A stretch of DNA of 64,000 nt, taken from assembly GCA_963693055.1 (NCBI GenBank), contig OY843751.1:4320001-4384000 (forward strand). Reading direction: 5' to 3'. Positions 18,878 through 30,500 of this stretch are shown here, one piece after another; position 1 is the first letter of the stretch; every line of letters starts with the position of its first letter. This stretch comes from a bacterium. GTDB taxonomy: Bacteria; Zhuqueibacterota; Zhuqueibacteria; Residuimicrobiales; Krinioviventaceae. The translations under genes were made by a program, and so were the position numbers. The notes under the pieces are model-generated. The model did not search any database. It saw nothing but the letters and a program-made list of their open reading frames with translations, and had not been told where the DNA came from.

Positions 18878-20698
18878 TTAAAATATCCCCTTGATCTTGT
18901 CGGTTACGTTCTTTTTTTCTTTTTCAATGCGGGCCTCGACCTCTTTTTTCTTATCGTCGATCTGCTTCTGGTATTCATTTACCCTGGCTTCCACATCGTC
19001 AATGCGTTTTTGCAGTTCGGCGTTCTTGTCCGCAACCAACTGCTCAACCTGCTGTTTTTTTGCATCTACTTTAGCATTTACAGCTGAACGGATTTTCTGT
19101 TTCGCTTTATCCACTTCATCACCCACCATGGACTTTAGCGCGTTTGCAACCACATTATCCAGATTAGAATCGAGTGAGAAATCGGTATCGTCCGGGGTGC
19201 CGGTATAGCCGGCCTTGAAATTCACAGTCGAGATATCAGCAAACACATCACGCACTACCGCGGCCGTCTTGCCTTCGCTCTCGGCAAAAGCAAAACCCAT
19301 TTGAGATCCGGTAAAATCCACATTTCCACTCAACTGTTCTTCCAGAACATCGAGTTTGGCCTGTACGCGTCCCGTACCTTTGGTAATGCTGCTGGGTAAT
19401 ATTTTTGTGCTGCTCAACGGCACATCGCTAAACGCCAGATTCGATGCATCCAGCGCAAAATGCTCTTCCGGAGATTCCCCCATATAGTCCAACTCCCCGG
19501 TTAAATTCAAAGCAGAACTGTTGGCCTTGGCTCCCTTGATCTCGAATGTGGTTGTCTTGCCGATAATAGGCTGCTCGGATACAATATCGTTAACAATACC
19601 GCTAAATTGATACTGATTTGGCACCAGCCCGGAAAGCTCTATCTTTTTGATCCAAAATGACGGAAACACATTCTTGCCGGAAAAGTGTACAGTCTGCCCT
19701 TTATAACGCGGCGGTTTTTCTTTTTTCGGTTTGTCGGATTTGAATTTTTCCGCGTATCCTCTTGCCTGACTGGTCAATGACAATACCCGGTTTACACGAC
19801 TCACAACCTGACGACCAAATAACAAAATCCCGATCTCCTGAGTAGAGATGTCGGGCAGCTTTGCTTTATCCATTGCCGCGGAAATATCATCACGCACCCA
19901 ATCGTCCATGGATTTGAGTCCGTTACGTGTTTGCTCAATATCTGTTCCAATACCCGATTTTGTTGTTTTCACAAACTGCTTTAATGAATCCATATCCGAT
20001 TGAATTGTCTTGAGTGTTGTCAAAGTACTTTGCAGTTTATCAACGCTCTTGATCTCATTCGGGTTAATAGAGTTGATTTTTGTTTTCATATCATCCAGAT
20101 CCTGAGAGATATTAGTCTTTGCAAAGGTATCATCCCATTGAGTATATGTCTCCCGTAAACCCGATTGCAGCGAGTCGATCTTTGCCGGGGCACCCAGCTC
20201 CAGAATTGCTATAATACTGTCGACATTGACCTTGCCGGAAAAGGAGCTGAAATCCAACTCCGGTACATCAGACACTTTGGTTTCAAGCCTATCAATAGTA
20301 TTTGAAATGAATCCCGGTTTCTTTTCCCCATCTTTGGATTTGGTTTTCCAGGTCCCGTCAGTGGTACGTTCAGTCCCCCAGGTAACATTGCTGAGCTGAA
20401 CATTATCGATCACCACCTTGTTGTACAACAAGGGATAAAATTCCATGTCATATTCGGTTTTACCGCTTGTCAGCATGTTTTTCCACGGATCTTTGGGGTC
20501 CGTAACCTGCAGACTGTCCCATCTAAAGTGTAATTGCAATAACGATACATCCAGATTATCGATCTCTACTTTGGCCTGTAAAGCGTTCGATGCTGTTTTC
20601 TCCAGTATGCCCTCAAGCCAACTGTCTGTTAAAAACAATCCCAATACAAAAACAATCGCGGCCAGTACCAGGAGGGCTATAATTCCTTTCCAACGCAT
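18878..20698 (-). CDS. TIGR03545 family protein (AsmA-like N-terminus, coiled coils)
   Basis: MRWKG plus TM, AKVEI, LQVTDPKDP, PPRYKG, PSFWIKKI; adjacent to a TIGR03546 gene. Confidence 0.8.
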   Translation of the reverse strand: MRWKGIIALLVLAAIVFVLGLFLTDSWLEGILEKTASNALQAKVEIDNLDVSLLQLHFRWDSLQVTDPKDPWKNMLTSGKTEYDMEFYPLLYNKVVIDNVQLSNVTWGTERTTDGTWKTKSKDGEKKPGFISNTIDRLETKVSDVPELDFSSFSGKVNVDSIIAILELGAPAKIDSLQSGLRETYTQWDDTFAKTNISQDLDDMKTKINSINPNEIKSVDKLQSTLTTLKTIQSDMDSLKQFVKTTKSGIGTDIEQTRNGLKSMDDWVRDDISAAMDKAKLPDISTQEIGILLFGRQVVSRVNRVLSLTSQARGYAEKFKSDKPKKEKPPRYKGQTVHFSGKNVFPSFWIKKIELSGLVPNQYQFSGIVNDIVSEQPIIGKTTTFEIKGAKANSSALNLTGELDYMGESPEEHFALDASNLAFSDVPLSSTKILPSSITKGTGRVQAKLDVLEEQLSGNVDFTGSQMGFAFAESEGKTAAVVRDVFADISTVNFKAGYTGTPDDTDFSLDSNLDNVVANALKSMVGDEVDKAKQKIRSAVNAKVDAKKQQVEQLVADKNAELQKRIDDVEARVNEYQKQIDDKKKEVEARIEKEKKNVTDKIKGIF

Positions 20699-20699
20699 A

Positions 20700-21224
20700 T
20701 TAATCCCTCCACCGGTTTACATTTTCATAAATAGAATAAAACTTGGACGATTTAACAACCTGCACAATTTTCAATTTCAAAACGCGTTCATGTATTTTTT
20801 CACGATATTGAACAACGCCAACCTTGGTCAGTAAATATACCGGTGCCAAAAGCAAAAGCGATGAAAAAAAGGCACCCAATACCACGGTATTATTAAATCG
20901 CGTCAATGCAACCACGGGTATATTATACATAGATGTCCAAACTCCCTTTAGCGCGTCTATATTCACCAACAGCCAGTAACCGATATTGTGAAATAACGGA
21001 TCCAGAAAAAAAGCAAAAGCGCTGAATACAATAAATCCCAGTATTGCCATTGAAACATTAACATTGATGATCAATATGAGAACAATTACTACCAAAGTCA
21101 GCAGACTCTTGCCCGGCAGTAGCCCAATGATCATACCCAGAATAAATCCACCGGCAAGCTGCGAAGGTGATTCGCCCGAAGTCAACGCCTTTAACAGCTT
21201 GGCCAGGTATTTCATAATTAGCAT
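20700..21224 (-). CDS. TIGR03546 family membrane protein
   Basis: SPSQLAGGFILG, LDPLFHNIG, TRFNNTVVLG. Confidence 0.85.
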   Translation of the reverse strand: MLIMKYLAKLLKALTSGESPSQLAGGFILGMIIGLLPGKSLLTLVVIVLILIINVNVSMAILGFIVFSAFAFFLDPLFHNIGYWLLVNIDALKGVWTSMYNIPVVALTRFNNTVVLGAFFSSLLLLAPVYLLTKVGVVQYREKIHERVLKLKIVQVVKSSKFYSIYENVNRWRD

Positions 21225-21298
21225 ATGAATACTCCCTCTCTATATATTTTTTTTGTTATACAAATAACAAAAGCGGATTGCGGAATATTGCAGAAAAT

Positions 21299-22927
21299 TT
21301 ATTTCAAAGTATTAACCAGATGAACAATATCCAGAATATTCACTTCCCCGTCGTTATTCACATCTGCTGATATTCTAGCTTTGTCAGAATACTGTTGCGG
21401 ATTCATAACCAGGTCCGCAATGTCTTTAACATCAGCCAGATCAATTTCATCATCCCCATTCACATCCCCTTTGAGTCGATATTCTACAGCCGCAAGTGCA
21501 TCAACCAAACCCCATCCATACAAATTATCGGGATTATCGGCCTTGTCTGCCGTGAACATGAGCGCTTCTCTCACCTGCATGGGCGTCCAGTGGGGATGTG
21601 CTTCCAATATCAAAGCGCAAACTCCCGCTACTATCGGAGTCGAGTAAGATGTTCCGGTCCCATACTCATACCCGGTATTATCATCCGGATCAGCACATCG
21701 CACACCCGTACCCATTGCAACCACTTCGGGTTTAATGCGTCCGTCATAGGTGGGTCCCGCCGAACTGTAAGCAGCAATATGTTCTTTATTATCAACAGCG
21801 CCAACCGATATTACACTGTCCCCGTCTGCCGGAGCGGTTATATAATACCATGCATTATCCCGTTCATTGCCGGCAGAAGTACAAATAACAATCCCTCTTG
21901 AAGCTGCCAGATCCGATGCAATAGTCATGGGTGATGTGTTGCCATCCATGTCCGCATATGTATACCAGTCCAGATACCCGATCGAACAACTGACGATATC
22001 CGCGCCCAGACTGTCTGCCCATTCGACGGCGGCTATCCAATGATCTTCTTCACCGGCATATTCCTGAATCAGGTCCTCGGTTTTGGCCAATAGATATGTT
22101 GCTCCAAAGGCTGCGCCATACAATTCACCGGATTTTTCCGCTCCCATTGTAGACAATACTTTGGTACCATGGTTATGCTGATCTGCGTGATCAACCGCGG
22201 GATCATTTTCCGTATCATCATCATTCCGCAAAAAGTCATATTCTCCGGCAACCTTGAGATTGGTAAAGACCTCATGATCGGTTTTAAACCCCGTATCTGT
22301 AATGCAAATCAAAACATCTTTGCCTGTCAATCCCATATCGTGCACATCCGGGACTTTGATCATTTCAAGCTGCTGCAAAGCTGATCCGTAGAAATACAAA
22401 TGGCTTTCTATCTGATAGTCTTGATACGGTTCCATTCGGATCTCGGGCACCGGTTGAATGGATTTTCTTCCCGCAATCATCCGGATCTCTTTAACATAAT
22501 CCAGCGAAGCTACAACATTCAACTGGTCAACATTCAGAATACCGCTTACTGCGTTTAACCATTTACTCTGGTGCCGAACATGTAAACCCAGTGTTTTTAA
22601 TTCATCTATATACTGTTTCTTTACCGGCAGGTCATAATAATCCAATTTATCGGCATTCACTTTTGCGCGTCTTTTCAGAGCACGCTCAGTTAGCGTAACT
22701 GCATTTATTTTTTTCAACAAATCAGATTGTACAATTACACCTTTATCCCTCAAAAAAATCCAGACCGGCACATTTCCATCAAACATATCTGAATTTATAA
22801 AACTTGTCACGTTAGTGTGAATGACAGGATCGCTTTTCTCCAAAACAAATCCACCTTGCGCAAATATAGATTCCGCAAAAAAGAAAAGCAGTCCAATCGT
22901 CCAAAATTTTAAATAACTTTTAACCAC
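21299..22927 (-). CDS. secreted S8 subtilisin-like protease with C-terminal dockerin-like domain
   Basis: Triad ITDTG, HGT, GTSYSTP; C-terminal GDVNGDDEIDLAD...ADVNNDGEVNILD duplicated Ca-binding loops. Confidence 0.9.
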   Translation of the reverse strand: MVKSYLKFWTIGLLFFFAESIFAQGGFVLEKSDPVIHTNVTSFINSDMFDGNVPVWIFLRDKGVIVQSDLLKKINAVTLTERALKRRAKVNADKLDYYDLPVKKQYIDELKTLGLHVRHQSKWLNAVSGILNVDQLNVVASLDYVKEIRMIAGRKSIQPVPEIRMEPYQDYQIESHLYFYGSALQQLEMIKVPDVHDMGLTGKDVLICITDTGFKTDHEVFTNLKVAGEYDFLRNDDDTENDPAVDHADQHNHGTKVLSTMGAEKSGELYGAAFGATYLLAKTEDLIQEYAGEEDHWIAAVEWADSLGADIVSCSIGYLDWYTYADMDGNTSPMTIASDLAASRGIVICTSAGNERDNAWYYITAPADGDSVISVGAVDNKEHIAAYSSAGPTYDGRIKPEVVAMGTGVRCADPDDNTGYEYGTGTSYSTPIVAGVCALILEAHPHWTPMQVREALMFTADKADNPDNLYGWGLVDALAAVEYRLKGDVNGDDEIDLADVKDIADLVMNPQQYSDKARISADVNNDGEVNILDIVHLVNTLK

Positions 22928-22933
22928 GCCAAC

Positions 22934-24355
22934 TCACCATATAAAAGGCATTTGAAATAAACAAAAATATCCAAATACAACAAAAGCCAAAATCAAACCA
23001 ACCAAAAAGATTAAACTGGGTTGTAAAACTTTTCTGGCTTCATCAGATAACAATTTAGGAAGTACAATGTATAAACCCGCAGCAACCCAAAGTGCCTGCA
23101 AAGGTGTAAGTAAAAGACCATCAAGAATTGCACCCAGTTTGACCAGAAAGACCGGCTTTAAACCCAAAGTAAAAACAATAACCATATTGGAGATAAAAAA
23201 GAAAACCAGAAAAATACGAAATTGTGTCTTCCACTGGAATTTACGGTTAAACGCCGGAACACAAAGCCTTAAACTGTCTGCCAGCAAACGCGGCCATCCC
23301 GCAAGCTGCCCAATCTGGGTGCCAACCAATGCAGATGCACCGGCTATCAGGAACAGCGTCCCTCCCAGTGAGCCCCATTTATTGCTGAATATGGTCGACA
23401 AGGTCAATGCTACATCCGGTCCTTCAGGAGCAAGTTTACTCGCTCCAAGCACACCCGCACCCGCTATCAGGAATCCGCTTGTAGAGATAACACCCAAAAT
23501 CATGGCAATTGAAGCATCGGTATAAACAACATTACACCATCCTTTAATTTTTTGGGCAGCATCTTTGGTCATATTTTTCAGTGCATGCAAATCAGCAGGC
23601 TGACCGTATCCTCTACCTTCTGCGGCGCCATAACCGGCACCCAATACCCAATAGGTATACCAAACCTGACTGGCAAAACCGCCAGCGGCCCAGCCCATCA
23701 ACGGCAAAATCTCACGCCATGGATTGTTAGATACGCCATCCAGCTTTACAGCCCAGTCCGGTACCGGAGGGATTGTAAATCCAAATAAATGCTCTGTCAA
23801 CCCAACCTGGGGAAGTACATTTATAGCAACATACAAAACACCTATCAGAACCACGGCAACAAAAAAACTCATAATAATCTTTAAAAGATCAAACACACCC
23901 GACCACACAACAATTAATGAAAATATGGTAACAAACCATCCGCCAAAATAGGGCGAAACCGGAACGAGGCTATTAATAAACACACCGGCTGCTGAAGCCA
24001 AAGATCCTATCGCTACCATGGCACTGGCAAACTGTGCTACCAGGATTAACCAGACAGCCCAGTTTTTAGGACCGGGAATTCTGGCACACATGTCTATCAT
24101 CCCTTCACCGGTACAAACCGTATAGCGTGCGCCACTCATGCCGATCCAGAATTTTAAAAACACACCCAAAATCAATGCCCATATAACAGCAGGGCCTAAA
24201 ATTGCCCCTACACGGGTTGCCAAAATAACTTCGCCAGACCCGATAAACTCTGCGCACCAGATAAATGCAGGACCTACCAGAGCAAGAACGGCAAATCCTT
24301 TTGGCGGCATTCTGTAAGCAGTTACGATGTTTTTATCACTCATGGGTTCAAACAA
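22934..24355 (-). CDS. Nramp-related transporter lacking the DPGN metal motif
   Basis: About 11 TM; VGPAFIWCAEFIGSGE and ARYTVCTGE. Confidence 0.75.
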   Translation of the reverse strand: MFEPMSDKNIVTAYRMPPKGFAVLALVGPAFIWCAEFIGSGEVILATRVGAILGPAVIWALILGVFLKFWIGMSGARYTVCTGEGMIDMCARIPGPKNWAVWLILVAQFASAMVAIGSLASAAGVFINSLVPVSPYFGGWFVTIFSLIVVWSGVFDLLKIIMSFFVAVVLIGVLYVAINVLPQVGLTEHLFGFTIPPVPDWAVKLDGVSNNPWREILPLMGWAAGGFASQVWYTYWVLGAGYGAAEGRGYGQPADLHALKNMTKDAAQKIKGWCNVVYTDASIAMILGVISTSGFLIAGAGVLGASKLAPEGPDVALTLSTIFSNKWGSLGGTLFLIAGASALVGTQIGQLAGWPRLLADSLRLCVPAFNRKFQWKTQFRIFLVFFFISNMVIVFTLGLKPVFLVKLGAILDGLLLTPLQALWVAAGLYIVLPKLLSDEARKVLQPSLIFLVGLILAFVVFGYFCLFQMPFIW

Positions 24356-25305
24356 TCCTCTACTACTTGTCCATTTATCAGCTTAACCAGATTTTCCACT
24401 GCTCGTTCATGTAACTGTCGCATGGCTGCGTCCGAATACCATGCATAGTGCCCCGTAGACAGCACCCTGGGATGTGTGATTATTGGCTGCTCTTCAGGAC
24501 CTGTAGGTTCGTGTTTAAATACATCCAGTCCCGCGCAGTGGATCTTGCCCTGATTCAATGCTTTTAACAAAGCATCAGGATCGATAACATTTCCACGCGC
24601 GGTATTGATCAATACCGGACGATAGTTCATTATCGCAAACGCGTTATCGTTAATAATATGATACGATGTCTCGTTCAAATCACAATGCAGGCTTATGACA
24701 TGGCTCTCTCCCAAAACATGCTGCAAGGTAGCTTGTGTTGCACCACACGCTTCAAAGACAGACTCGGGGATATTGGGATCATAGGCCAGCACCCGCCCAA
24801 ACAAATGCCTGACTTTATTACAAAAAGTACCTCCAATCCGCCCCAAGCCAATAATCCCTACGGTTTTGTCATGCAGCTCAAAAATTTCCGATGTTGGAGG
24901 TTTGCTAAAATCATTATATATAGATTTTGAACCGGCAGGTAGCATTCGAATACAGGAATACATTAACGCAATAGCATGGTCAGAAACCGAGTGGTTTGCA
25001 TATCCCTGAACATTTGCAACCCGCACACCCTGCCGGGTAGCAGCATTCAGATCCACGTTATCATATCCTACACCATAACGAACAATGGCTTTTAATGCAG
25101 GCAAGCGGGATAAAAAATGCTCATCAATCAATGTACCACGAACCAGCATTCCAACCGCATCTGATGCAAATTCTATTTTTGCATCCCGGTCCTGCGGATC
25201 TCCGTCAAACATTTCCAGAACATAGCCATGCTCTTTTAAATATGACGCTTCATAATCATAAGAATCGTATCCGCCGTCAATTATCACTACACGCTGCCTG
25301 TTCAT
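24340..25305 (-). CDS. D-isomer-specific 2-hydroxyacid dehydrogenase (CtBP/SerA-like)
   Basis: RYGVGYDNVD, GIIGLGRIG, INTARG, LDVF..EP, H-x-AWYS. Confidence 0.9.
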   Translation of the reverse strand: MNRQRVVIIDGGYDSYDYEASYLKEHGYVLEMFDGDPQDRDAKIEFASDAVGMLVRGTLIDEHFLSRLPALKAIVRYGVGYDNVDLNAATRQGVRVANVQGYANHSVSDHAIALMYSCIRMLPAGSKSIYNDFSKPPTSEIFELHDKTVGIIGLGRIGGTFCNKVRHLFGRVLAYDPNIPESVFEACGATQATLQHVLGESHVISLHCDLNETSYHIINDNAFAIMNYRPVLINTARGNVIDPDALLKALNQGKIHCAGLDVFKHEPTGPEEQPIITHPRVLSTGHYAWYSDAAMRQLHERAVENLVKLINGQVVEDCLNP

Positions 25306-26348
25306 TTTTCCTGCTCTTTTTTAATATTCAAAATTACATCCAAAATTTTTTCAGAGCCAAAACGTATCACATCTGTAACCGGCAAACCGGTTTCAAACTC
25401 GGTCTGTAATACAATATCTCGTGCTTCACGCTCACTAAAATAATACAAATTCAAAGAGATTGCAACCACCGGCGCTGAATAAACAGGTGCCGTCATTTTT
25501 TCGTATATTTCTCTTATAATATTAATGGGGGGAATTTTGGTATTTGCAGAACCGCGCATAATAGTCCGTTCGGGTTGATGACACAATACCAGCACATCTG
25601 GCATAAAACCATGCAGCAAGGACAATGTAACACCTGAATATAAAGGATTGGCAATAGCACCCTGGCCCTCTAAAAGGAGAAATTCATGGTCCTGATTTTC
25701 AAGCACCAACTGTTCAGCCGCACCAGCCATAAAATCTCCGGGAACACTGTCAATGGCAATCCCTTTACCCGACAACAAGATGCCTCCCTGGCCGGTTGCA
25801 ATGAATTCGGAATCCAGTCCCCGTTTCAATAATCCCAAATGCAGTTCATAGGTTGTTACTTTTTTACCGCAATTGCAATCCATACCAACCGTATGGACCC
25901 GAAAAGCTTTAATATCTGCAGCCCTGCAACGGTTTACAGACAAACCTTCCGGAGGTTTTCGAAGATCATACAAGGTAATATTGTTGTGTTGGGCTTTTGC
26001 AGAGATTTCACTATCATCACATAAATAACTATGCATGCCGCTGTAAATATCGAGACCGGCATCAATGGCTTCCAAAATCACAGAGCGCCATTCATCCGGC
26101 AAAGCCCCTCCCGCAGGATTAATGCCGATAACCAACGCATTGGGATTCAATGCCAGTGCATCTTGAAGAGAAGCGGTTATGGGTACCCCTTTTCCCACCG
26201 TTAACAATTCCGAAGCATCTCGCCCGGAATTATCAGGATCAATCAAAGCCACTACAGAATCCGGTCGATATCGCAATAATACAGATGCCATTTTGGCAAG
26301 CGTTGGATGCGTATTCCCGGTTGTTAGAATAGCGTAACGGCGTTCCAT
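25302..26348 (-). CDS. DUF1611 family protein (DgcN-like)
   Basis: GGALP, SGMH, VGMDCNCGKKVT, ATGQGGI, EGQG, LLHG. Confidence 0.85.
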   Translation of the reverse strand: MERRYAILTTGNTHPTLAKMASVLLRYRPDSVVALIDPDNSGRDASELLTVGKGVPITASLQDALALNPNALVIGINPAGGALPDEWRSVILEAIDAGLDIYSGMHSYLCDDSEISAKAQHNNITLYDLRKPPEGLSVNRCRAADIKAFRVHTVGMDCNCGKKVTTYELHLGLLKRGLDSEFIATGQGGILLSGKGIAIDSVPGDFMAGAAEQLVLENQDHEFLLLEGQGAIANPLYSGVTLSLLHGFMPDVLVLCHQPERTIMRGSANTKIPPINIIREIYEKMTAPVYSAPVVAISLNLYYFSEREARDIVLQTEFETGLPVTDVIRFGSEKILDVILNIKKEQEK

Positions 26349-26421
26349 ATTACCTCTTTGGTTTAAAAAAAGATAATATTAATTTCAGTCAGAGTCAACA
26401 GGCTTTTAAAAACCTGCAATA

Positions 26422-27378
26422 TTAAAAGCGGGGACGAAAGCCCTCACCCAGAACTTCGTGAACATTATTAACAATAATAAAAGCATCCGGATCAATGGCC
26501 TTTACCTTATCTACAAGGTTTACAATTTCCTTTTTGCTCAAAACCGTATAAATAACATCTCTGGAATGATTGGTATATACACCTTTGGCAGCCAACGCTG
26601 TTGCTCCACGGTCCATATCCAAAGTGATCATTCTTATAATATCTTCCTGCTTTTCGGATATAATAAAGGCTGAACGCGCGTAATCAAATCCCTCTATCAT
26701 AACATCCACAATACGTGCTGAAATGAAAACAAGCAAAAACGCATACAATGTTAATACCAATGCGGGGCGATCAGCAGAAAGATCTCTGGCCCAAATAATA
26801 ACACCGGCAATAGTAATCACTATAACATCCATAGCCAAAAAAGAGTGCCCCGGTTTTATTCCAAACCGTTTGCGGATAATTGCTGCAATAATATCCACTC
26901 CACCTGTGGTACCATGAAATTTAAATATTATCCCCAAACCTAAACCCACCAGTGCCCCTCCGGTCAACACCAGTAGTACAAACTCATTTTTAAGCATATA
27001 TTGCACTGCTGGATGTTCATGCATCCGAATAAAAGAAAGACCGGGCACAACCCCTTGTAACATATCTATAAAAAAAGAGCTGAATGTAAATCCTACAAAT
27101 GTACGTATACCAAAACGCCTGCCCAGTTCACGGATTCCCCAAATATACAAAGGAATATTGGTAATCCATATCATTAATCCTACCGGAATTTTATTACCTG
27201 AAAGATAATGGATTGCCATGGCCAATCCACTTACGCCTCCGGGTACAACTTTAGCATTCACTAAAAAGACCCCTATTCCCAAGGCCATTATAAATGACCC
27301 GAATATGATCAGAATATAATCTTTCCAGATTCCTTTTTGGTACAATCCCAGGTCCGATAAAAATTTTGCCAGATTCAT
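26422..27378 (-). CDS. YitT family membrane protein
   Basis: PGGVSGLA, NIPLY, GTTGGVDIIA, DPDAFI...EVLGEGF. Confidence 0.9.
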   Translation of the reverse strand: MNLAKFLSDLGLYQKGIWKDYILIIFGSFIMALGIGVFLVNAKVVPGGVSGLAMAIHYLSGNKIPVGLMIWITNIPLYIWGIRELGRRFGIRTFVGFTFSSFFIDMLQGVVPGLSFIRMHEHPAVQYMLKNEFVLLVLTGGALVGLGLGIIFKFHGTTGGVDIIAAIIRKRFGIKPGHSFLAMDVIVITIAGVIIWARDLSADRPALVLTLYAFLLVFISARIVDVMIEGFDYARSAFIISEKQEDIIRMITLDMDRGATALAAKGVYTNHSRDVIYTVLSKKEIVNLVDKVKAIDPDAFIIVNNVHEVLGEGFRPRF

Positions 27379-27537
27379 TCATGCCCTTTCATAAACGCAT
27401 AAAAAATTCAATTTTTAATGTACAAATTTTGAATCCGCATTGCAATATAATCTTTGTATTCTTATATTATGTATGCATCAAGTACTGCAATTATATTTAT
27501 TCACTTTTTCTGCCCACAGAACAAATCTGGAGGTTCA

Positions 27538-30500
27538 ATGTACTGGAAACGATTGCTTAAAGGGGCAATTTTAATCATGTTAATTGGTTCAAACAGTCAC
27601 TCACAAACCCTGCAAAACAGTATAACCCAATGGCTGGTGCTCGGTTCTTTTAAAACAGACACCTTGCACACAGCATTACAAACTCCATTCTTACAAAATG
27701 AAGCGAATTTACAGCCCGTAAAAGGCGAAACAGCGCTTCCATCTTCATTTCAGTGGCAAGCGATTGAAACGCTTCCCTCAGGAATCATTGATTTTAGCGA
27801 ATTCCACTTTCCCGCGCAAACCCAAAGTATCGCTTATGCAGCAACCTATATTTACTCACAAAATGAAAAAAATATTGTGCTGGCTATTGGCAGTAATGAT
27901 GCATATGCTTTTTGGCTAAATAAAACACGCGTTCACGAAAATTTTGTTTTTCGGACCCTTCTCAAAGGCGAAGACAATATTACCGTTAGACTATCGTCGG
28001 GATGGAACCGTCTCCTGTTCAAAGTCCTCAATGATGGTGGCGGCTGGGGGCTGAGTGTAGATCTGGAAGACACTGAAGGCAATGTGATAACAGACCTACA
28101 ATGCACCAACGAAAAACCGGAATCGGTTAATATGGAAGCCGCGTCTCCCTTTGCTTATATCGATCATTACGAATTTGGCCCCAGTTATATGGACAATGGT
28201 AAACGTTATTACCCACTCAATGTTACAATACGGAATTTGGGGAAATTGGGAGATCATTCGGGTAGAGCTACAGTAGATACTCGCAGAAGCCGGTTCCAGA
28301 GCAAATCGTTCAAACTCGACACGGTTACAACCTTGTCTTACAATTTCAGTTCCAGAGATTTGTGGAACAAACTTAACAAACCTTGTGGTATTCGAATTGT
28401 TATGAATGGGAAAATGAATGATACTGAAATTTTTACCATAGAACCCGAAATGATCTTTACCAGTCTGTTCAAGGGAGATGAATTACCGGAGGAAATTTTA
28501 CCGTTTAAACCTCTGTTTGCGGATTTTAAGGAAAACCTGTTTTGGTATAAAACCTTTACAGGCCAACCTTTTTCATATCAACCCAGCGATCTGGCAGATT
28601 GCGTGGACCATGCGTTGCATAACGAGTGGGGTCCCTTTGTACAGATGCTGAATACCCTCTTTGTTGATGTCATCAACTTGTCCCACATCATCAAACAGGA
28701 TACCCTGCACATGATCGGTCAGTCACATATCGATATGGCGTGGGTATGGCAATGGCCAGAAACCATAGATGTTTGCCGACGTACTTATGCATCCGCAATC
28801 AATTTTATTGATGAATACCCGGATTTTCAATACATCCAAAGTCAGGCTATTAGCTTTATGTGGATGGAAGAAAAATATCCCGATCTGTTTGCAAAAATAC
28901 AGCAAGCTGTTAAAGAAAACCGGTTCCATCTTGTTGGTGGAATGTGGGTAGAACCCGATCTTAATCTGGCCGGCGGTGAAGCACTCATTCGCCAAATTCT
29001 CTATGGCAAACGCTATTTCAGAGAAAAATTTGGTGTGGATTGTATTACCGGGTATACTCCCGACACGTTTGGTTATACCTGGACCCTGCCTCAAATTCTG
29101 GCAAAATCAGGATTCCAGTATTTTGTTACAACAAAGATCCGTTGGAACGACACGACCCATTTCCCGCATAGTATTTTTCGCTGGATATCACCGGATGGCT
29201 CTTCTATTCTGACGTGCTTGCCAAATGGATTAAATATCGCCAACAAGCCCGAAGAATTGGCAGAAAAAATGCTGGAATACAAATCCGAAGGGTATAACAA
29301 TGTACCGGTTCTGTATGGTGTAGGCGACCACGGCGGCGGTCCTACCCGTCAGCATTTTGAACGCATCAAAAAAATGCAGAATACCAGCGTTTTCCCGGCA
29401 TTGGCGCACGATGATCTGGATAGCTATATGCAACAAATCGATCATAAATACCCGGACGCACCAAAGTATGAAAATGAATTGTATCTGGAATATCATCGCG
29501 GAACGTTGACCACCCAGGGCCGTGTAAAAAAACAAAATCGCCAGGCAGAAATCGCTCTTGAAGAATCTGAAAAACTCGCTGTTTTTTCAGGTATACCCTG
29601 GCCTCAAGACTCGCTCGAAACAGCCTGGAAACTGGCCCTGTTTAACCAGTTCCACGACATTCTCCCCGGCTCAAGCATTCCCGAGGTTTATGATGATGCG
29701 GACAAGGATTATTTACGCGTCAACACGCTGACCAAAGATATTATAAACAATTCAATGCAGGCAATCACCAAAGACATTGATTTGGATGAAAAAGATACCC
29801 CTGTGGTTGTTTTCAACACCCTGAACTGGCAGCGAAGCGGTCTGGTTTCTGTCAATCTGCCCCAGGACCTGAGCATCAAAGAAGTTAAAGACGATAATGA
29901 TGAAAAAATGCCTTATCAGCAAACGGATATCAGCCTGCAGTTCATTGCCAGGGATGTACCCGCTAACGGTTACAAAACCTATTGGCTCCGAAAAGGCAAA
30001 TACAAACATCACGATGAGATCAAAGTTGGGCCTACCTTTCTTGAAAATGAATTTGTACGTGTAGAAATTGATGCCCAGAACGGCAACATTTCCAAATTAT
30101 TTGACAAAGTGAACAATCAGGAAATCCTTGCCGAAGGACAGCAGGGCAATATCCTCCAATTCTTTGAAGATAAACCGGACAACTATGATGCATGGAATAT
30201 AGGCTACACCGGTGAAATGCAGGAATGCTCACAGGTAAGCAGCATCATCATCAAAGAAAAAGGCCCGGCCCGCGCTATTCTCAGTGTTGTAAGAGAGTAT
30301 AACAAATCAGTGTTTACACAGGACTATACCCTCTATGCCGACAGCCCCCGCCTCGATATTGTAACCCAGGCAGACTGGCACGAACATCACATTCTGGCTA
30401 AAGCGGCTTTTCCGGTAAATGTACAATCAGACAAGGCAACGTTCGACATCGCCTACGGCAGCATAGAGCGCACAACAAATCCGCAAACCCCGGCTGAAAA

